Positions 38,638-47,636 of a stretch of 64,000 nucleotides of DNA are shown here, piece after piece (position 1 is the stretch's first letter; the number at the start of each line of letters is the position of its first letter). Position numbers and translations under genes: made by a program. The stretch lies in assembly GCA_964444755.1 (NCBI GenBank), contig CAYUIF010000016.1:5902-69901 (forward strand), given 5' to 3'. This stretch comes from an uncultured Alphaproteobacteria bacterium (lineage in GTDB: Bacteria; Electryoneota; RPQS01). The notes beneath the pieces were generated by a model that was given only the letters and a program-made list of their open reading frames with translations, ran no database searches and had not been told where the DNA came from.

Positions 38638-40077
38638 ATGCCCGAAACCTTCCCGCTGTTTATTCCCGGCGCCGCCACGCGCGGCCAGCCCCTCGATGTC
38701 TTCGCACCGTGGGATGGAGCCCATCTCGCCGCCTGCGAAACGGCCGATGGCGCCGCGGTGGAGCAGGCGCTGACCACCGCGCACGCGCTCTACCTTAAGC
38801 GCGAGCAGTGGCTGCCGCTGCCCAAGCGGCTCGCAATCCTTGAACGGCTGATGGAACTCCTGACCGCGCAGCTCGATCATTTGGCGCGGGAAGCCGCGCG
38901 CGAAGGCGGCAAGCCGTTTATAGATTCCAAGGTGGAAGCGATCCGCGCAGTGGATAGCGTGCGCATCTGCATTGAGACCATGCGCACCCAAGCGGGACGC
39001 GTCGTGCCCATGAATGTCAATCCCGCCTCGGCGGGACGGCTGGCGTTTACGCAGCTCGAACCCATCGGCCCGGTCGTCGCGTTCAGCGCGTTCAATCATC
39101 CGCTGAATCTGATCGCGCATCAGGTTGCCCCCGCCATCGCGGCCGGTTGTCCGGTCTTGGTCAAGCCGGCTGAAGCCACCCCGCTCTCGGGTTTGCGTTT
39201 CATCAAGCTGCTCTACGAAGCGGGACTGCCCGAGGAATGGTGTCAGGGCGTGATTTGCGAGAATTTCGAGGTCGCCCATCAATTGCTGACCGATCCTCGC
39301 GTGGCGTTCTTTACGTTCATCGGTAGTGCGCGAGTGGGGTGGATGCTGCGTTCGAAACTCGCCCCCGGCACGCGGTTCGCTCTTGAACACGGCGGAATCG
39401 CCCCCGTGATCGTGGCCGCCGATGCCGATATCGTGGATGCGCTGCCGCTGGTTGCCAAGGGCGGGTTCTATCATGCGGGACAAGTCTGCGTGTCCGTGCA
39501 GCGAGTCTTCGTGCATGAATCCGTTGCGCGTCGCTTCGCTGACCGGTTAGTGGAGCGCGCTCGCACGCTGAAGATCGGCGATCCCACACTGCCCGATACC
39601 GAAATCGGCCCGCTGATTCGCACGGAAGAAGTCAAGCGCGTCCACGAATGGGTGATGGAAGCCAAGCAGAGCGGGGCGGATGTGATGTGCGGCGGCCAGC
39701 CGCTCTCCGAACGGGCTTATCAATGTACGGTACTCTTTAATCCGGCCGATGATGCCCGCGTCAGTCGCGAGGAAGTGTTCGGCCCGGTGGTGTGCATTTA
39801 TCCTTATCGCGATCTGGATGATGCCATCGCCCGCGCCAATCGCACGCCCTTCGCGTTTCAGGCGGCGGTTTTCACGCGGGATCTCGCCACGGCATTGCGC
39901 TGCTATCGCCGGTTGGCCGCATCGGCGGTGATGGTCAACGATCACACCGCGTTTCGCGTAGACTGGATGCCCTTTGCCGGTTTGCAGCATTCCGGCTTCG
40001 GCATCGGCGGCATCCCCTTCACCATCCGCGATATGCAAAGCGAAAAGTTAATGGTGCTGCGCTCGAAGGAATTATAA
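38638..40077 (+). CDS. NAD(P)-dependent aldehyde dehydrogenase family protein
   Basis: 479 aa. Conserved EHGG (Glu) and GQVC (catalytic Cys) motifs, Rossmann-type cofactor domain. Confidence 0.85.
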   Translation: MPETFPLFIPGAATRGQPLDVFAPWDGAHLAACETADGAAVEQALTTAHALYLKREQWLPLPKRLAILERLMELLTAQLDHLAREAAREGGKPFIDSKVEAIRAVDSVRICIETMRTQAGRVVPMNVNPASAGRLAFTQLEPIGPVVAFSAFNHPLNLIAHQVAPAIAAGCPVLVKPAEATPLSGLRFIKLLYEAGLPEEWCQGVICENFEVAHQLLTDPRVAFFTFIGSARVGWMLRSKLAPGTRFALEHGGIAPVIVAADADIVDALPLVAKGGFYHAGQVCVSVQRVFVHESVARRFADRLVERARTLKIGDPTLPDTEIGPLIRTEEVKRVHEWVMEAKQSGADVMCGGQPLSERAYQCTVLFNPADDARVSREEVFGPVVCIYPYRDLDDAIARANRTPFAFQAAVFTRDLATALRCYRRLAASAVMVNDHTAFRVDWMPFAGLQHSGFGIGGIPFTIRDMQSEKLMVLRSKEL

Positions 40078-40080
40078 TCT

Positions 40081-40430
40081 CGTAGGGGCGCACCCGTGTG
40101 TGCGCCCGTTCTTGTAGGGCCATAATTCATTATGGCCGTATTCTGGTAGGGGCGGGTTGAACACCGTGGAACCCGCCCGTATATTTCCGCCTGCTTCAGC
40201 GGGGGGACGGAAGGGCGGTCGTAGGGGCACAGCGTGCTGTGCCCATCTTCGCCGAGGCAGATCCCTGATCTGCCCGGAATCTGCCGCACGATCGCGCCGA
40301 GGCACCCGTCCTCGGGTGCCCGGAACATACACAATCTCGCCGAGCCGTGGTTAAGCGCAGCGCAACCCGGCCGGAATGTTTTACGAGCGTGTCATTCTGG
40401 ACACCGCGTCAGCGGGCGTCCAGAATCCCA
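40081..40430. repeat. Mosaic intergenic hairpin-repeat cluster (locus 5)
   Basis: Consecutive gtaggggc-palindrome units: gtaggggcgcacccgtgtgtgcgccc; gtagggccataattcattatggcc; gtaggggcgggttgaacaccgtggaacccgccc; gtaggggcacagcgtgctgtgccc. Followed by cgccgag-hairpin-cccggaat units and an inverted copy of the ccgggttgcgctgcgcttaaccacggctcggcg module. Confidence 0.85.
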
Positions 40431-40541
40431 AACATAACAAGCGAATCTTCACTCGTTCATCTCTTATCACTCTCCGCCTCTGCCATCTTGGCAACCGCCG
40501 AATTATCAATGTCTGAAAAAAAGCGAATGCACTTGATTATT

Positions 40542-40555
40542 TGAACAAATGTTCA
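40542..40555. promoter_or_regulatory. Perfect palindrome TGAACAAATGTTCA (GAAC-N4-GTTC, Cheo/LexA-box-like operator candidate) upstream of patatin gene
   Basis: 14-nt perfect inverted repeat 115 nt upstream of ATG 40671, in an AT-rich putative promoter region. Confidence 0.35.
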
Positions 40556-40670
40556 TATATTGAAGTTAAAATTTTCTTCCTTTTCAACTTTGCAGAATTT
40601 CAGTATTTTCTTAGGATTCCAGAGTTCGTTTGGTCAAAAACATTTCCGCTATTCATACTCTAAGGTCAAC

Positions 40671-41774
40671 ATGAAACCACAACTCTTATTTGCCGGGCAA
40701 GGTGGCGGCTCGTGGGGCTGTTTTCAGGCGGGTGCGCTGCACGAATATTTCGCCGCTTCGCTAACTCCCGCCTACGATGGCGGCTTCGGAGTTTCCGTCG
40801 GCGCGCTTACCGTTTCGCAGCTCATGTCGGCTGATCAGAGCGTCATTCCCGACCGCGCCCGCCAACAGCAGAATGTTAATGTACTGCGCGAGTTTTGGCT
40901 CGAGCGCATTACCGGCGATGCTTCCATCTATCGTTCGTGGCCGAAGAAAAAAGGCCGAACGTTATTGCTCAGCGCGGCGCTCTCGCTCATTAAAATCGGT
41001 GAAGGTTCAGGGGTATCCAAGCGCGATTTGCAAGCCATTGCGGTGGCCGTCTCCGAAAACAAACCATCTGCCTACGATAATGCGCCGTTGATCAAGCTGG
41101 TGGGCGAAGCGCTCGCTGGCAAGCAGTGGCACCCATCCGTTAAAGTGGGACTGGTCAACATGCGCACGGGTCGCTATGAAGAGCGCACGTTGGCCAATAA
41201 TCCCGAATGGCTCGACGATCTCATCGCCTCCACCGTGATTCCGCTGGCCTTTCCGCCCGTGCGCGATCAATTCGACGGTGGCGTCACTGACGTCACGCCG
41301 CTGAAGGGGGTGTTCGCGCGTTTTCGCGAACTCCGCCGCGCATCGCCCGATAGCCTTCAGGAACTGCATGTCTATCGCTGCAGTCCATTCCCCCGCTATG
41401 AGGATACGAAGCACAGCTACACCAACTTGCCCGCCGTGTTGTTCCGTTTGATCGAGATCATGGTGGATAATACCGACCGCGAAGACTACACCGCCGCTCG
41501 ATTCCGCAACGAAATCTCAATGGTCACGAACCAAGCCCGCGAAGCGGGCAATGATGACGTCAAGCGGAAGATGGATTTGTGGCGGGAAAAATACGGCGAG
41601 ATTGCGATCTATGTGATCAGTCCCACCGATGAGGATATCAAGCAGCTTCCGGTCAACTCCCGCAGTTTCGATCCAGCCAAACTGAAATCCAGTTTTCTGT
41701 GCGGTCGCACTGCCATGCAAAAATTCCTCGCCGATAAAGAAAAATTCCGCTTGGAAAATCTGCTGCCGTTATAA
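40671..41774 (+). CDS. Patatin-like phospholipase family protein
   Basis: Start at MKPQLLFAGQGGGSWG (oxyanion GGGxxG), GVSVGAL nucleophile elbow (GxSxG), DGG catalytic Asp motif (FDGGVTD). Confidence 0.75.
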   Translation: MKPQLLFAGQGGGSWGCFQAGALHEYFAASLTPAYDGGFGVSVGALTVSQLMSADQSVIPDRARQQQNVNVLREFWLERITGDASIYRSWPKKKGRTLLLSAALSLIKIGEGSGVSKRDLQAIAVAVSENKPSAYDNAPLIKLVGEALAGKQWHPSVKVGLVNMRTGRYEERTLANNPEWLDDLIASTVIPLAFPPVRDQFDGGVTDVTPLKGVFARFRELRRASPDSLQELHVYRCSPFPRYEDTKHSYTNLPAVLFRLIEIMVDNTDREDYTAARFRNEISMVTNQAREAGNDDVKRKMDLWREKYGEIAIYVISPTDEDIKQLPVNSRSFDPAKLKSSFLCGRTAMQKFLADKEKFRLENLLPL

Positions 41775-41808
41775 AAAACGCGGGCGGGTCTCAGACCCGC
41801 CCGCGTTC
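41774..41808. terminator. Bidirectional Rho-independent terminator
   Basis: AAAAAA-GCGGGCGGGTCtcaGACCCGCCCGC-gtt between convergent patatin and C25-like genes. Confidence 0.7.
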
Positions 41809-41826
41809 ATCGCTTATCGTTCATCG

Positions 41827-43305
41827 CTACTTCAGCAGCATCATCTTCTGCACCTGCCGCACCTTGCCCGCCTGCAAGACAGCAAAGTACATTCCCGAAC
41901 TGAATCGCGCGGCATCCCACTGCACGTGGAATTCTCCGGCCGGACGTACGCCATCTATCAGCACCGCCGCTTCGCGGCCCGTCACATCGAAGACTCGCAG
42001 CGAAACGTGCATGGTTCGATCCAACTCGAACCGAATCTGCGTGCTCGCATTGAACGGATTAGGATAATTCCCCTTCAAGCGCAACTCCGCCGGATACGCC
42101 GTATGCAATTCTTCAATCGCGGACGGGCGGGCGGGCAAGACCAAGCCGGGATCGCCCAGCAGCATGCAGGAGAGCGATGTTTGCCGCGTGGGGCTAAAGG
42201 CATCAGATCCCCACGGATATGTACGAATAAACTCTCGCTGTCCGAATAACCATAAATCACCGAGGGTATACGTCGAATCGGCAAAGGCAATCGAGAACAT
42301 CGCTCGGCGGAAAGTAATCCCGGTAAATGCCCATGAGATATTCGTATTAGCAAAGTACCCGATGGCGCCGCCGTTCGGATTATACAGCAAAGCTAATGCG
42401 ATTCCGCCCATATCCAAGCGCGGCGCGGAAGCCATATCGTAACAGGTATGCAACTGAATCGTATAGCGTGGATTATTGGTCAAATCCGAAAAGAAGCCGG
42501 AATCCGCAAGACTTGAACCGGACCATACCCCAGCGCCGCCATGCCCCGAATAAACGGATATAAAACTGCCGCTGTTATAGTTGGCGTGAATTTCGTCCTG
42601 GTCTCCATGCCACGGATTTCCCGCCGGCAAACCCAAATAATCTCGTTCGATTAAATACGTTGACGGCACCAACTCCGCCAGTGGCTCTGAAAAATCGTTC
42701 CCGAAGTGAAACATCGTATCGTCATAATCGGCGATCAAGTGAATGCGCCGTTGCCAGTCGCCCTCGGTAGACGATTCGTACTGCTGACATTTCTGATAAT
42801 AATTTGGTAGTGCGGTTTCCCATGTCGGACTCCACGGTAATCGTCCAATACTAAGTATCAGGGACGGCGGAAGCGCCGTCGAGTCCGGATGCCACGCATA
42901 GAACACATCCGAAAAATAACTGTAAACGATCCATTGATCACTGACATACTGCGAGTCCACTTCGATATGACTCGGCACGACATCATGAAACCCGATAATG
43001 AACACGTCGCGCAACTGCGGCAATGCCCAGTGCTCCCGCGCATAATGAAAAAACTCCTTCAGTACCGTATCCGAAGGAGTTCCGTTTCCGAATTCGTTCC
43101 AAATGTCATCCGTGGCCACCACCATCGCGGTACGGCCATGGCTCTGCCGCCAAGCGGCCAAATCGCTAATCCACGGCGTGCTCGCGATCAGCGAGTCGGT
43201 GGTGACGATCAGATAATCGGCGGAGTTGGCCGGATCGTGCAGATCCGCATAAACTCCCGCCGCCGACAGCAGAATGGCCGTCAGCAGAAAAAGGCTGGTT
43301 CGCAT
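41827..43305 (-). CDS. Gingipain-like (peptidase C25 family) cysteine peptidase candidate with T9SS C-terminal sorting domain
   Basis: Signal peptide, SGHGG (candidate catalytic His) and HTCYDMA (candidate Cys) motifs in C25-like arrangement. C-terminal YPNPFNASTQIRF...QKMMLLK. Confidence 0.5.
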   Translation of the reverse strand: MRTSLFLLTAILLSAAGVYADLHDPANSADYLIVTTDSLIASTPWISDLAAWRQSHGRTAMVVATDDIWNEFGNGTPSDTVLKEFFHYAREHWALPQLRDVFIIGFHDVVPSHIEVDSQYVSDQWIVYSYFSDVFYAWHPDSTALPPSLILSIGRLPWSPTWETALPNYYQKCQQYESSTEGDWQRRIHLIADYDDTMFHFGNDFSEPLAELVPSTYLIERDYLGLPAGNPWHGDQDEIHANYNSGSFISVYSGHGGAGVWSGSSLADSGFFSDLTNNPRYTIQLHTCYDMASAPRLDMGGIALALLYNPNGGAIGYFANTNISWAFTGITFRRAMFSIAFADSTYTLGDLWLFGQREFIRTYPWGSDAFSPTRQTSLSCMLLGDPGLVLPARPSAIEELHTAYPAELRLKGNYPNPFNASTQIRFELDRTMHVSLRVFDVTGREAAVLIDGVRPAGEFHVQWDAARFSSGMYFAVLQAGKVRQVQKMMLLK

Positions 43306-43541
43306 AGGTTCCTCAAGGTTTGAAATCGTTCAAAACAGATATAGACCGATTCAAGCTTCAGGCAGCCTATCAAGTCTGTCGGGTTGCCTCCCAATCGTTG
43401 AATCTATCCGCCGCAAACGAAAAACCGTTAGCGAAACCTACAGCGATACCTCCGATTTTCTTAAACTAAATATACAACCGAATCCCTGCCTTGTCAAGTT
43501 ATTCCATAAAATCAAATTATTTAGGACAAGACAGTCCAGTC

Positions 43542-43913
43542 TCATTGCACGATCATCGTTCCCACGGTCTTTTCCGCCCCAATCACCATCGGAAACGTCC
43601 CCCGCTGGGTCGGATTGATCTTGATAATTGTCGCATTCAAAGCCGGTAATAGCTCATAGATTTCCAGTTCCTGAATTTCGAATAATTCCTCGCGCGGTTC
43701 GGAATCGTAGCGCGCAATGACCAATTGAACCGGTTGATTTACCTGAAGAACTACTTCCTTGGGAGTCAGTTCTCCGCCGGACAACCGCAAATCAAAGCGA
43801 TTTGATGCACCGGTCTGATCAGAATCCTTTCGTTTCTTTCGAAAAAACAGAAAGATCAACAGACCCATCACGGCTACCACTTCGATTAGCAATATCCATG
43901 GATTTTCAATCAT
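43542..43913 (-). CDS. Membrane-anchored cupredoxin-like domain protein lacking copper ligands
   Basis: N-terminal TM helix plus Lys/Arg stop-transfer. C-terminal beta-sandwich pattern resembling Cupredoxin_1/EfeO-N domains but with no His/Cys/Met ligand set. Confidence 0.35.
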   Translation of the reverse strand: MIENPWILLIEVVAVMGLLIFLFFRKKRKDSDQTGASNRFDLRLSGGELTPKEVVLQVNQPVQLVIARYDSEPREELFEIQELEIYELLPALNATIIKINPTQRGTFPMVIGAEKTVGTMIVQ

Positions 43914-44165
43914 TTACGCCCTCGTGCATGAGCGACCCATTCGCCATCGAAAAGCAATCCTTTACTGTACAATATGTCATATTTGGTCAGTTTGCATCGC
44001 AATATCACCGATATTCATTGACTCGAATGAAAAAATTCATTACCTTTACACAAACGGGAACTTTTGTCACCCGTGTGGGTAAGAAAGAATGCAGCCAGTG
44101 AGAAATGGTACAAAATGCTCGCAAGGGCGAGCGGGGAATTAATTCAGCGAAAGGATGATGAAACA

Positions 44166-44426
44166 ATGGTGATTCTCAACATCCAACAGGCTGCGAAGTT
44201 CTTGGGAAAGACTCCAGCCGCTCTTCGGAACGGCTATAAGCGGTGGGGCGTGCCTCATTTTCGGCTTGGCGGTCAGATCAAGTTCACGCAAGAAGCCTTA
44301 CAGGAATGGGTCGAGAAAAGCATGGTCGAAACGGAAATGACCGAATCGGCCAAGCCGAAGCCGGTCTCCCCGACCGACGGTCGTCGCGGCAAGCGAGTCC
44401 AGACCAAGGCAACTTCGCGGCCTTAG
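44166..44426 (+). CDS. Excisionase-family helix-turn-helix DNA-binding protein (HTH_17-like)
   Basis: Start at MVILNIQQAAKFLG. Motif AAKFLGKTPAALRNGYKRWGVPHFRLGGQIKFTQEAL typical of Xis/AlpA-like HTH. Basic C-terminal tail. Confidence 0.5.
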   Translation: MVILNIQQAAKFLGKTPAALRNGYKRWGVPHFRLGGQIKFTQEALQEWVEKSMVETEMTESAKPKPVSPTDGRRGKRVQTKATSRP

Positions 44427-44459
44427 CAGGAATACGATAAAACGATTCCGGCGCAAGTT

Positions 44460-44504
44460 AAAACGGGTGTTCCGTCCCTGCGGAGCACCCGCTTCGTTTT
44501 CATT
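44460..44504. terminator. Bidirectional Rho-independent terminator
   Basis: CGGGTGTTCCGtccctgCGGAGCACCCG followed by cttcgttttcatt. A-tract upstream serves the minus-strand cupin gene. Confidence 0.6.
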
Positions 44505-44516
44505 GACTGTCCGAAT

Positions 44517-44879
44517 CTAAGTGAGGACGGTTTCATCCTCCGCTCGCCAGGCCGGATCCACGATGCACAGGAAAACCAGCTCGCCCGGTCCGACCGCGAG
44601 AATCCGCTGCCGCGCCTGCGGCGGAATATAGACGGCATCGCCCGCCTGCACATCGCGCTGTTCGCCGTTGATCTCAACGCGACCCGTTCCGCTCAGGATA
44701 TAGTAGACTTCACTGGTGGATAGGATATGCAAATCCGACCACTGTCCGACCGGCAGCCGCGCATGGGCCAGACTGTAGCGATGAGCCACCGGATCCTTGT
44801 CGGGATTCAGGAGTTCGCGCAGAATCGTGTGATCCCCGGCGATGAATTCCCGACAGTCTTTCAAGGACTTAATCAGCAT
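44517..44879 (-). CDS. Cupin domain protein
   Basis: Start at MLIKSLKDCREF avoiding overlap with VOC gene. Cupin motifs (HARLPVGQWSDLHI...GDAVYIPPQARQRI). Confidence 0.6.
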   Translation of the reverse strand: MLIKSLKDCREFIAGDHTILRELLNPDKDPVAHRYSLAHARLPVGQWSDLHILSTSEVYYILSGTGRVEINGEQRDVQAGDAVYIPPQARQRILAVGPGELVFLCIVDPAWRAEDETVLT

Positions 44880-44889
44880 GTGCCGGCGA

Positions 44890-45243
44890 TCAGGATTTGG
44901 TCCAAATCCCGATGGAGTAGCCGTCCGGACTTTGCACGATAGCATAATGGCCGAAACCTTCGGGAAGCTCGGTTTTAAGCCGCATCACGCGACCGCCTAA
45001 CCGCTCCGCCTTCGCCAGAGTAATCTCGATATCCTCCACTTCCACGTAGTTGTGGAAGCCGCTGATTTCGGGCATCTCGCGAATCTTGCTCAGCCCGCCG
45101 ATATACTCGTCTTCGGCGGTGCTGATGAGCAGATAATCATCACCGAACAGCTTGCTGAGTTTCCAGTTGAATAAGGGTGCATAGAAGGTTACGGCTTTTT
45201 CCATATCCGTAACCGGAATTTCGACATGGGCGAAGGTGAACAT
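44890..45243 (-). CDS. VOC family protein (glyoxalase/bleomycin resistance/dioxygenase fold)
   Basis: 117 aa. HVEIPVTDMEKAVTFY...GGRVM...GFGHYAIVQSPDG pattern. Confidence 0.7.
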   Translation of the reverse strand: MFTFAHVEIPVTDMEKAVTFYAPLFNWKLSKLFGDDYLLISTAEDEYIGGLSKIREMPEISGFHNYVEVEDIEITLAKAERLGGRVMRLKTELPEGFGHYAIVQSPDGYSIGIWTKS

Positions 45244-45442
45244 TGAACGGCTCCCGTGCGATGGATTCGCTTGGTGTAATTACTTATAATTGATATGATA
45301 AGGGCAGGTCCCCACCCCTTGTGCTTTACGGTAGTGGTTTTAGGGCACAATGTCAAGCCAAGTGAAGGCTGCCGATGAATCGGGAACCCCCGACCTATAG
45401 TTAACGTATGCAAGAGGACATTTCCCATCAGGATGGAGCATC

Positions 45443-46075
45443 ATGATTAGACTGAAATCGCAACTTCGTAAGCTGTGGTTGCCGTCAGCCGCCGTATTAT
45501 TAGCATTGGCTGCAATCGGTGCGGGCGATCCGCAGGCGGCGGGATTGGTGGTCGGTTCGCCGATGCCGCCGTTTTCCCTGAAGAATATTGACGGTTCGAT
45601 GGTGGCTGCGGACGGCTTTACAGGCAAACAGGCGGTGGTGGTGATCTTTTCGTGCAATCACTGTCCGTTCGTGCAAGCCTATGAAAGCCGGATGATCGCG
45701 CTGGCCAACGAGTACCAGCCCAAGGGTGTTCAGTTTGTGCTGATCAATCCCAATGATCCGAAGAAAGTGCCGGAAGACAGCTACGAGAAAATGCAGGCGC
45801 GGGCGGCGGAAAAAGCCTATCCGTTCCCGTACCTGTTGGACGATACGCAGAAAATCGCCAAGACCTACGGAGCGGCGCGCACGCCCGAAGTGTTCGTATT
45901 CGGACCCGACCGCAAGCTGGTGTACTGGGGACGGATTGACGATAGCTCCGAAGCAGCGCAGGTGAAAAAGCACGATTTGAAGAATGCGCTGGAGATGGTG
46001 CTGGCGGGAACTCCCGGTAAGATTGACGAGCCGATCACCAAAGCCTTCGGCTGTACGATCAAGTGGAAAGAGTAA
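45443..46075 (+). CDS. Secreted thioredoxin-fold thiol-disulfide oxidoreductase (CxxC)
   Basis: Signal peptide, FSCNHCPFV CxxC motif, TPEVFVF thioredoxin cis-Pro loop region. Confidence 0.75.
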   Translation: MIRLKSQLRKLWLPSAAVLLALAAIGAGDPQAAGLVVGSPMPPFSLKNIDGSMVAADGFTGKQAVVVIFSCNHCPFVQAYESRMIALANEYQPKGVQFVLINPNDPKKVPEDSYEKMQARAAEKAYPFPYLLDDTQKIAKTYGAARTPEVFVFGPDRKLVYWGRIDDSSEAAQVKKHDLKNALEMVLAGTPGKIDEPITKAFGCTIKWKE

Positions 46076-46089
46076 TCCCATTGTGAAGA

Positions 46090-46155
46090 ACGGCCACAAT
46101 GGATTGTGGCCCTACAAGATAAGGGCGGCTTGAAAAAGCCGCCCTGTTTCATATC
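46090..46155. terminator. Paired terminator hairpins between convergent genes
   Basis: GGCCACAATggaTTGTGGCC and GGGCGGCTTgaaaaAAGCCGCCC with short T-tracts. Confidence 0.45.
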
Positions 46156-46181
46156 CGTTAATATTTTTCCCTGCTTGGAAT

Positions 46182-47468
46182 CTACTTCATCAACACAATC
46201 TTCCGTGTCGCCCGAAACTCTCCGCTTTCCATCCGCACGAAATACACTCCGCTCGGCAGATCGCGCGCGTCAAACGTAAGCTTATAGTCTCCCGCGCCGC
46301 GCTTCTTATCCTCAAGAGTCTGAATCCATCTACCGTTCACATCATATACCGCCACATTTACTCTACCCGCTTCGATTAGTGTAAACGAAATTGTGGTAGT
46401 TGGGTTGAACGGATTGGGATAGACCGACAGCGAATACGATGTCGGAGTCGCTATCGGATCAACGACCGCCGCCGAGACGATCCGATCACGGTGCTCGGAG
46501 CGATGACCGCTCATGTCTACGTCGGCAAGGAAATACCAGTAGGTTTGACCGGGGTTAACATCAGTGTCGGTGTATTCATAGCGCTGCATGGTGGCCGAGT
46601 TACCCTGTGACGGTAATATTATGATCCGTGCGAATTCCCCGTTCTCCTGTTCCCCGCGCAGAATCTCGAAATGGTCGTTGTCGGTTTCGGAAGCCGTAGC
46701 GAAGGAAAGACGAATATCGTTTTCAGCGGGAACTGCAGTGAAGGATAAGAGCTCGACAGGAAGTGGAACATCGGAACAAATCCATTGAGGATTGCTGATT
46801 AGAGTACCGTGATTTCCATTGGGCGAAGCGTCATGGAGAATGTCACCATCTCCTTCGTCGAAGTGGTAAAGTACCTCTGTATACGAATCACTCTCAAAAG
46901 GAATTCGTGGCGGCAGGAAATCAGCCGCATATCTCGCAATGGATGACACTCTAAACTCATCAAGGCAACCTTCCCAAAAATGAGGACTTCCACTGACAAT
47001 TCCGCATGCAAGGCGGTGAGATCCTGGATCTGCCGCCCAGCTTATTACTCCATTGGTCGTCTCTGACGAAGCCAAATCGCCATCAACGAAAAGTCGAATA
47101 CTGGACCCTTCCATACATACCGCGACGTGATGCCACGTATTTAGAGTAATAGTTGGCCATCCTGCTCCGTAGTAGCCACCAGAATAGGCGTACCTAAAAG
47201 ATACACACCCGTTGCTCGCATTGAAATTTGCTTCTTGCCAATAGGCAGTCTTCCCCCACATATTGCAACCATATTCTTGTGTCGGATCCCACATTTTCAT
47301 AAAGCACTCAATTGTAAATGAGGACGTGGTCCCGCCGTCGAAGAACGGTGAGGAAACAGCAACGTAGTCGTCTGCACCATCAAATTGTAGCGCATAGCCA
47401 CCTGGGCATTGAGCGAAAGCACAAGCCGCAACAGCGGCCAGCCAAAACAAACCGAGCAATTTCTTCAT
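46182..47468 (-). CDS. LamG/concanavalin A-like lectin domain protein with T9SS C-terminal sorting domain
   Basis: Signal peptide, laminin-G-like jelly-roll region (LQFDGADDYVAVSSP... WHHVAVCMEGSSIRLFVDG). C-terminal YPNPFNPTTTISF...RKIVLMK. Confidence 0.7.
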   Translation of the reverse strand: MKKLLGLFWLAAVAACAFAQCPGGYALQFDGADDYVAVSSPFFDGGTTSSFTIECFMKMWDPTQEYGCNMWGKTAYWQEANFNASNGCVSFRYAYSGGYYGAGWPTITLNTWHHVAVCMEGSSIRLFVDGDLASSETTNGVISWAADPGSHRLACGIVSGSPHFWEGCLDEFRVSSIARYAADFLPPRIPFESDSYTEVLYHFDEGDGDILHDASPNGNHGTLISNPQWICSDVPLPVELLSFTAVPAENDIRLSFATASETDNDHFEILRGEQENGEFARIIILPSQGNSATMQRYEYTDTDVNPGQTYWYFLADVDMSGHRSEHRDRIVSAAVVDPIATPTSYSLSVYPNPFNPTTTISFTLIEAGRVNVAVYDVNGRWIQTLEDKKRGAGDYKLTFDARDLPSGVYFVRMESGEFRATRKIVLMK

Positions 47469-47584
47469 TGTAACTCCTTTAGAGTTAAATGTCGATTGAA
47501 CGTGAATTATATGTAATATATTGGGGGGGGGTAAAAAGCAAGTTTATATTCGAAAAATGTACAAATTCACAATATGGACCCACT

Positions 47585-47612
47585 TGACTTTTTATGGGCA
47601 TATGCTTATATT
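47585..47612 (+). promoter_or_regulatory. Candidate sigma70 promoter (TTGACT-16-TATATT)
   Basis: In AT-rich divergent intergenic region upstream of DUF134 gene. Confidence 0.4.
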
Positions 47613-47636
47613 ATGTATGTCAAATTATTAGATCTA

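Noticed and set aside
44166-44426. Excisionase-like HTH as evidence of a prophage or integrative element
   Set aside because: No integrase, capsid/terminase or att-like direct repeats nearby. Flanking genes are ordinary metabolic and stress genes.
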